Shown piece after piece: positions 59,289 to 64,000 of a DNA stretch of 64,000 nucleotides. Under the pieces are notes generated by a model that saw nothing but the letters and a program-made list of their open reading frames with translations, did not search any database and was not told the DNA's origin. Each line of letters begins with the position of its first letter. The first letter of the stretch is position 1. The stretch covers positions 1,033-65,032 of the forward strand of contig JBGMQU010000002.1 of NCBI GenBank assembly GCA_048060725.1, in the 5' to 3' direction. A program made the translations under genes and the position numbers. This DNA is from Gemmatimonadota bacterium. Its GTDB lineage: Bacteria > Gemmatimonadota > Gemmatimonadetes > Palauibacterales > Palauibacteraceae.

Positions 59289-60656
59289 ATGGAAATCAAC
59301 GGTGGGATCTTCCGCGAGTACGACATTCGCGGCATCGTCGGCGACGATCTGACGGAAGAAATTACGGAACTCGTCGGTCGTGCGTTTGGAACGGAGTTGT
59401 TGGACCGCGAGCGGCCCCGGGTGGTCGTCGGCCATGACAATCGACCGAGTTCGCCCATGTTGGGTGCGGCGATGTGCAGGGGGCTCAACGCCGCCGGGGT
59501 CGACACCGTGTACGTCGGCACGGTTCCCACGCCCGCGCTGTACTTCGCCGCTATCGAGTTCGGCACGGACGCCGGAATTCAAATTACCGGGTCCCACAAC
59601 CCGCCAGAGTACAACGGCATCAAGATGGTCCGCGACGGCGGCGCGATCTATGGGGATGCGATTCGGGGCCTTCGCCGCCGCATCGAATCCGAGGCGTCCG
59701 CCGACCGGGTCGGGGGGGCGCGGAACGCGGAGATCCTCGACCGGTACGTCGAGGAGATCGCGTCACGCGGACGGGTCGACACCCCGGTGCGCATGGTGCT
59801 CGACTGCGGGAACGGCGCAGGGAGCGTCGTGGCGGTGCGTGCCCTGCGCGAGGCGGGCATCGACGTGGACGGGCTCTTCTGCGAGTCCGACGGGACGTTC
59901 CCCAATCATCACCCCGATCCGACGGTCGACGAGAACGTCGTGGACCTGATCGCTCGAGTCCGTGAGACCGGGGCCGCCGTCGGCGTAGGGCTGGACGGCG
60001 ACGCCGACCGGATCGGCGCCGTCACCGAGGAGGGGACGATCGTCAGAGGCGATCACCTTCTCCTGTTGTTCGCGCTCGACGTGCTGCGCGAGCATCCGGG
60101 AGCCGAGGTCGTCTTCGACGTGAAATGTTCACAGGCCCTGCCGCAGATGATCGAGGCAAACGGGGGGGTCCCGGTGATGTGGAAGACCGGGCATTCGCTG
60201 ATCAAGGAGCGGATGAAGCTGGGTGGATCTCCGATTGCGGGTGAGATGAGCGGTCATATCTGCTTTGCTGACAGGTTCTTCGGGACCGACGATGCGATCT
60301 ACGCCGCGGCGCGTCTCGCAGGACTCATCGCACAGAGCGGACGTCGGTTTTCGGAGTTGGCGGCCGAAATTCCCAGCTATCCTTCTACACCGGAGCTTCG
60401 GCTCGACTGCACGGAGGAGGCGAAATTCGGGATCGTCGACGCCATCGTGGCTCACTACAAGGCGTCTCATGACGTGATCGATATCGACGGAGTGCGGGTG
60501 CTGTTCGATGGGGGTTGGGCGCTGGTCCGGGCGAGCAATACGCAGCCGGTCATCGTCGCGCGGATCGAAGCCGACGATCCCGATCGCCTGTCCGAGATTG
60601 GCGACGACGTGCGTGCGGTTCTTGCCGAGCACGGAGTCACCCTGCCGCCCGTCTGA
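59289..60656 (+). CDS. Phosphohexomutase (phosphomannomutase/phosphoglucomutase/GlmM family)
   Basis: TGSHNP active-site Ser loop, GLDGDADR metal-binding loop and GEMSGH sugar-binding loop. Confidence 0.8.
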   Translation: MEINGGIFREYDIRGIVGDDLTEEITELVGRAFGTELLDRERPRVVVGHDNRPSSPMLGAAMCRGLNAAGVDTVYVGTVPTPALYFAAIEFGTDAGIQITGSHNPPEYNGIKMVRDGGAIYGDAIRGLRRRIESEASADRVGGARNAEILDRYVEEIASRGRVDTPVRMVLDCGNGAGSVVAVRALREAGIDVDGLFCESDGTFPNHHPDPTVDENVVDLIARVRETGAAVGVGLDGDADRIGAVTEEGTIVRGDHLLLLFALDVLREHPGAEVVFDVKCSQALPQMIEANGGVPVMWKTGHSLIKERMKLGGSPIAGEMSGHICFADRFFGTDDAIYAAARLAGLIAQSGRRFSELAAEIPSYPSTPELRLDCTEEAKFGIVDAIVAHYKASHDVIDIDGVRVLFDGGWALVRASNTQPVIVARIEADDPDRLSEIGDDVRAVLAEHGVTLPPV

Positions 60657-60661
60657 TTCGC

Positions 60662-61669
60662 GTGGTCCATTCTGCGCATACCGCCGTGATCGCGGTGGGT
60701 GGCAACGCGCTGTCGCCGGCCGGCGAACCCGCCACGGTCGAGAACCAGTTCCGGCATTCGCGCGAGGCATTGGCTCCGATTCTCGCCTTCGCCCGGGCGG
60801 GGTGGAACGTGGCGGTAGTCCACGGAAACGGGCCCCAGGTGGGGGATGCGTTGCTGCGGAACGAATTGGCGCGAGACCGCGTCTCCGAACTGCCGCTCGG
60901 TGTGCTGGTGGCGGCGACCGCGGGGTCGATCGGCTACATGATCCAGCAGTCGCTTCAAAACGCGCTCGCGAAGGCGGGCATCGACCGGCGTGTGGTCACG
61001 CTGGTCACACAGGTGGTGGTCGACACGGTCGATCCGGAGGGGATGGAGCCGCGAAAATTCATCGGGCGGGTCATCGACCCCGGGCGCGTGGAGGCGCTGC
61101 GTGCGACGGGGGTGGTGATCGGTGAGGATTCGCGAGGACGACTCCGGCGGCGCGTGGCGAGCCCGACTCCGGTGCGGATCGTCGAATCGGAGGTGACGAG
61201 AGAGCTCGTGGAGGCGGGTCACATCGTGATCGCGGCCGGTGGGGGCGGCACCCCGGTGTACGACGATCCGGAACTGGGCCTGGAGGGGATCGACGTGGTG
61301 GTCGACAAGGATCTGGCCGCGGCGCTTCTGGCGAGCGAGATTCGGGCTTCCGCGCTCGTGATTCTGACCGACGTCGACGGTGTCTACCGGGATTGGGGGA
61401 CGCCGGATGCCAGGCGTCTCGATCGACTGACGACTACGGAGGCGCGCGCGTTGGTCGAGGAGGGTCAGGTGGCGAAAGGATCGATGCGACCGAAGCTTCG
61501 GGCCGCCATCCAGTTCGTCGAAGGCGGGGGAGAGTTCGCGCTGATCGCCGCCCTCGAGGACGCGGAGGGCGCGTTGCGGGGAGAGGCCGGCACCATGATC
61601 CGGAAGGCCACAGCACGTCCGTTGCACGATACCAGGTCGGATTCTGAAACGAGGATAGATACGGAATGA
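60662..61669 (+). CDS. Carbamate kinase-like protein (amino-acid kinase family)
   Basis: GTG at 60662. AVIAVGGNAL ... VVHGNGPQVG ... AAGGGGTPV motifs, plus a ~25-aa extra C-terminal tail. Confidence 0.75.
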   Translation: MVHSAHTAVIAVGGNALSPAGEPATVENQFRHSREALAPILAFARAGWNVAVVHGNGPQVGDALLRNELARDRVSELPLGVLVAATAGSIGYMIQQSLQNALAKAGIDRRVVTLVTQVVVDTVDPEGMEPRKFIGRVIDPGRVEALRATGVVIGEDSRGRLRRRVASPTPVRIVESEVTRELVEAGHIVIAAGGGGTPVYDDPELGLEGIDVVVDKDLAAALLASEIRASALVILTDVDGVYRDWGTPDARRLDRLTTTEARALVEEGQVAKGSMRPKLRAAIQFVEGGGEFALIAALEDAEGALRGEAGTMIRKATARPLHDTRSDSETRIDTE

Positions 61670-62799
61670 ACATCCACGAATACCAGGCGCGCGCCATCCT
61701 GCGCCAGCACGGGATCCCCGTCCCGCAAGGAACGGTGGCGGAGACTCCGGCGGAGGCGGAGGACATTGCTCGCGGCTTCGACGGTCCGGTCGTCGTGAAG
61801 GCGCAGGTCCATGCGGGTGGGCGAGGGAAAGCCGGCGGGGTCAAGCTTGCGGAGACGCCGGAGGAGGCCCGCGAGAAGGCGGAGGCGATCCTCGGCATGG
61901 ACATCAAGGGGATCACCGTACGGAAGGTACTGGTGGCGCTGGCAGAGGATATCGAGTCCGAAGCGTACGTCGGCATCGTGATGGACCGGGCCAACAAATG
62001 CGACACGTTCATGGTCTCGCCCGAAGGCGGCGTGGACATCGAGGAGGTCGCCGAGACGATGCCCGACCGGATCAAGCGCGTTCGGGTGGATCCGCGCTAC
62101 GGGATCTTGCCGCACCAGGTCGCGGCGATGGGGTACTTCCTCTACGAGGATGGCGGATTGGCGCGGCAGGCCGCCACGATCATGGCGCAGCTGTATTCCG
62201 CCTACCAAGCGTCGGGCGCGACGCTCGCCGAAATCAATCCCTTGATCGTCAATCCGTCGGGGGAGGTGAAGGCAATCGACGCCAAGATGAACATCGACGA
62301 CAACGCGCTTTTCCGGCTACCCGACGTAGAGGCCCTGCGCGATCTGGATGCCGAGAATCCCGCCGAGGCCCGGGCTCGTGACGCCGGCCTTTCCTACATC
62401 CAGCTCGACGGGAACGTGGGGTGCTGCGTGAACGGCGCCGGGCTCGCCATGGCGACGATGGACCTCGTGAAGTACTACGGCGGCGACCCTGCCAATTTCC
62501 TCGACATTGGCGGATCGTCGAACCCGGAGAAGGTCGTGACGGCCATCGAGTTGATGACCCAGGACGTGAACGTCAAGTCGATTCTCTTCAATATCTTCGG
62601 TGGGATCACGCGGTGCGACGACGTGGCGCGCGGCATCGTCGAGGCGACGGCGCGGATCGACATCGATGTGCCGATCACGATCCGGTTGACCGGTACGAAC
62701 GAGGAACTCGGCGTACGCATCCTGGAGGAAAACGGCTTCGAAGCGATGGTGGACATGGACCGTGCGGTCGAAACGGCAGTGAAGAGGGTGGCCGCATGA
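61666..62799 (+). CDS. sucC: Succinyl-CoA synthetase beta subunit
   Basis: [13 protein letters not shown]-grasp N-terminus; GGRGKAGGV. Confidence 0.95.
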   Translation: MNIHEYQARAILRQHGIPVPQGTVAETPAEAEDIARGFDGPVVVKAQVHAGGRGKAGGVKLAETPEEAREKAEAILGMDIKGITVRKVLVALAEDIESEAYVGIVMDRANKCDTFMVSPEGGVDIEEVAETMPDRIKRVRVDPRYGILPHQVAAMGYFLYEDGGLARQAATIMAQLYSAYQASGATLAEINPLIVNPSGEVKAIDAKMNIDDNALFRLPDVEALRDLDAENPAEARARDAGLSYIQLDGNVGCCVNGAGLAMATMDLVKYYGGDPANFLDIGGSSNPEKVVTAIELMTQDVNVKSILFNIFGGITRCDDVARGIVEATARIDIDVPITIRLTGTNEELGVRILEENGFEAMVDMDRAVETAVKRVAA

Positions 62800-63665
62800 G
62801 CGTGTTCATTGGGGAAGACACGAAGCTGGTGGTTCAGGGCATCACGGGGCGCGACGGGTCCTTCCATACCCGGCAGATGGCGGAGTACGGGACGAACGTC
62901 GTCGCAGGCGTCACGCCGGGGAAGGGTGGCCAGACGTTCGACGATACGATCCCGGTGTTCGACACCGTGGAGGAAGCCGTCGAGGAGGCGGGCGCCAACA
63001 CGAGTGTGATCTATGTGCCTCCTCGGTTTGCGGCCGACGCGATCTTCGAGGCGGCGGACGCGGGCGTCGGGCTCATCGTCTGCATCACAGAGGGCGTGCC
63101 GGTGGCCGACATGCTTCGAGTGCTCCCTTACGTCGAGGAGCGCGGCGCTCGACTCATCGGACCGAACTGCCCGGGCCTCATCGTCCCCGGGTGCTGCAAG
63201 GTCGGCATTCTCCCGGGTCAGATCGTACTGGAGGGCAACGTCGGAGTCGTCAGCCGGTCGGGGACGCTCACATACGAGGTTATCTTCCAGTTGACCCGCG
63301 CAGGGCTCGGCCAGTCGGCGAGCATCGGGATCGGTGGAGATCCGCTGATCGGAACCAACTTCATCGATTGTCTCGACGCATTCGAGAACGATCCGGGCAC
63401 CGTCGCGGTCGCGATGATGGGCGAGATCGGCGGTACCGACGAGCAGCAGGCGGCCGAATTCGTCGCGGACCACATGACCAAACCGGTCGTGGGGTTCATC
63501 GCCGGGCAGACGGCGCCCCCGGGGCGCCGGATGGGTCACGCAGGCGCGATCATCTCTGGTTCCGAGGGTACCGCGGAGGAGAAGATGCGGTCGTTTCGCG
63601 AGCACGGGATCGGCGTTGCCGAGCGTCCGGCGGACTTCGTCGGGTTGCTTCGGGAACGGATGTAG
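62796..63665 (+). CDS. sucD: Succinyl-CoA synthetase alpha subunit
   Basis: [14 protein letters not shown] ... GPNCPG ... SRSGTLTYE, with the phospho-His in GHAGAII. Confidence 0.95.
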   Translation: MSVFIGEDTKLVVQGITGRDGSFHTRQMAEYGTNVVAGVTPGKGGQTFDDTIPVFDTVEEAVEEAGANTSVIYVPPRFAADAIFEAADAGVGLIVCITEGVPVADMLRVLPYVEERGARLIGPNCPGLIVPGCCKVGILPGQIVLEGNVGVVSRSGTLTYEVIFQLTRAGLGQSASIGIGGDPLIGTNFIDCLDAFENDPGTVAVAMMGEIGGTDEQQAAEFVADHMTKPVVGFIAGQTAPPGRRMGHAGAIISGSEGTAEEKMRSFREHGIGVAERPADFVGLLRERM

Positions 63666-63698
63666 TCAGGGTTCTTCAGCACCTCATCGGGGAAGAGA

Positions 63699-64000
63699 CA
63701 TGCTTGTCAGTGACGTCATGATCCGAAACGTGGTGACGGCGGGCGCGGATACGCCGCTCGACGAGGTCGCCGACACGCTCGTCAGAGAACGGCTTCGCGC
63801 CATCCCCGTGATCGACTCGGATCGACGCGTGCTGGGGATTCTGACGGACCGGCAGGTGATGACTCACTTTCTGCCGGCCCTCGAAGATCCGAACGTCGAG
63901 CGGCCGGACCGGCCGAGGGTGATCCGCGAAGGAACCGTGCGCGACGTCATGGAGCGGACGGTGATGTGCGTCAGCGAGAGCGAGTCGCTGGGAGACGTCG
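63699..64000 (+). CDS. CBS-domain protein, 3'-partial
   Basis: VMIRNVVTAG ... AIPVIDSDRRVLGILTDRQVM is a CBS-pair pattern. The frame runs off the window end. Confidence 0.6.

Noticed and set aside
1-64000. Search for CRISPR arrays, tRNA/rRNA genes, transposases/integrases, toxin-antitoxin pairs or defence-island signatures
   Set aside because: I saw no regularly spaced direct repeats, no tRNA-like T-arm consensus (GGTTCGAATCC-type), and no DDE/tyrosine-recombinase or nuclease/ATPase defence motifs in any frame. The window reads as core chromosome, so I do not claim a novel system beyond the observations listed.

Overview
This 64-kb window is a very GC-rich (roughly two-thirds G+C) bacterial chromosomal segment. 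It is almost entirely housekeeping genes on the + strand, often joined by 4-nt ATGA/GTGA stop/start overlaps. The outer-membrane beta-barrel proteins, tandem RND efflux permeases and a 13-gene complex I operon point to a diderm organism.

Gene content from 5' to 3':
- Two tandem RND permeases, the first 5'-truncated by the window edge.
- A lipoprotein cyclophilin.
- A two-component pair whose response regulator carries a degenerate HD-GYP output domain.
- A small Gly-rich outer-membrane barrel on the minus strand.
- A DmpA/S58 peptidase.
- trkA-trkH, ETF-ubiquinone oxidoreductase, plsC, two small ORFs with atypical codon usage, citrate synthase, pepA and a TonB-dependent-receptor-like OMP.
- A 14-kb co-directional gene train: yicC-gmk-rpoZ-coaBC-udg-dnaB-radA-ispD-tsaC-LMW-PTP-aroE-comF-gap-pgk-tpiA-secG.
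- rnhA (minus), carA, sppA, an IHF/HU-like gene and an aminotransferase (minus).
- A small ORF followed by moaD-moaE.
- A canonical HD-GYP phosphodiesterase with a pseudo-receiver (minus), a DUF423 protein, dcd and an alpha/beta hydrolase (minus).
- A complete nuoA-B-CD-E-F-G-H-I-J-K-L-M-N operon with fused nuoCD and a short nuoG.
- A phosphohexomutase, carbamate kinase and sucCD, ending in a 3'-partial CBS-domain gene.

I found no CRISPR array, tRNA/rRNA, transposase or recognisable defence island. The most unusual items are:
- the REC-(degenerate HD-GYP) regulator plus kinase;
- a second HD-GYP protein with a pseudo-receiver;
- the small atypical-codon ORFs upstream of citrate synthase;
- comF lacking a canonical start codon;
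- a perfect 22-bp tandem duplication at the 3' end of the IHF-like gene;
- the fused nuoCD and truncated nuoG.

All functional calls rest on motif-level recognition of the supplied translations; no database search was run. The many long minus-strand ORFs that overlap these genes are treated as high-GC artefacts.
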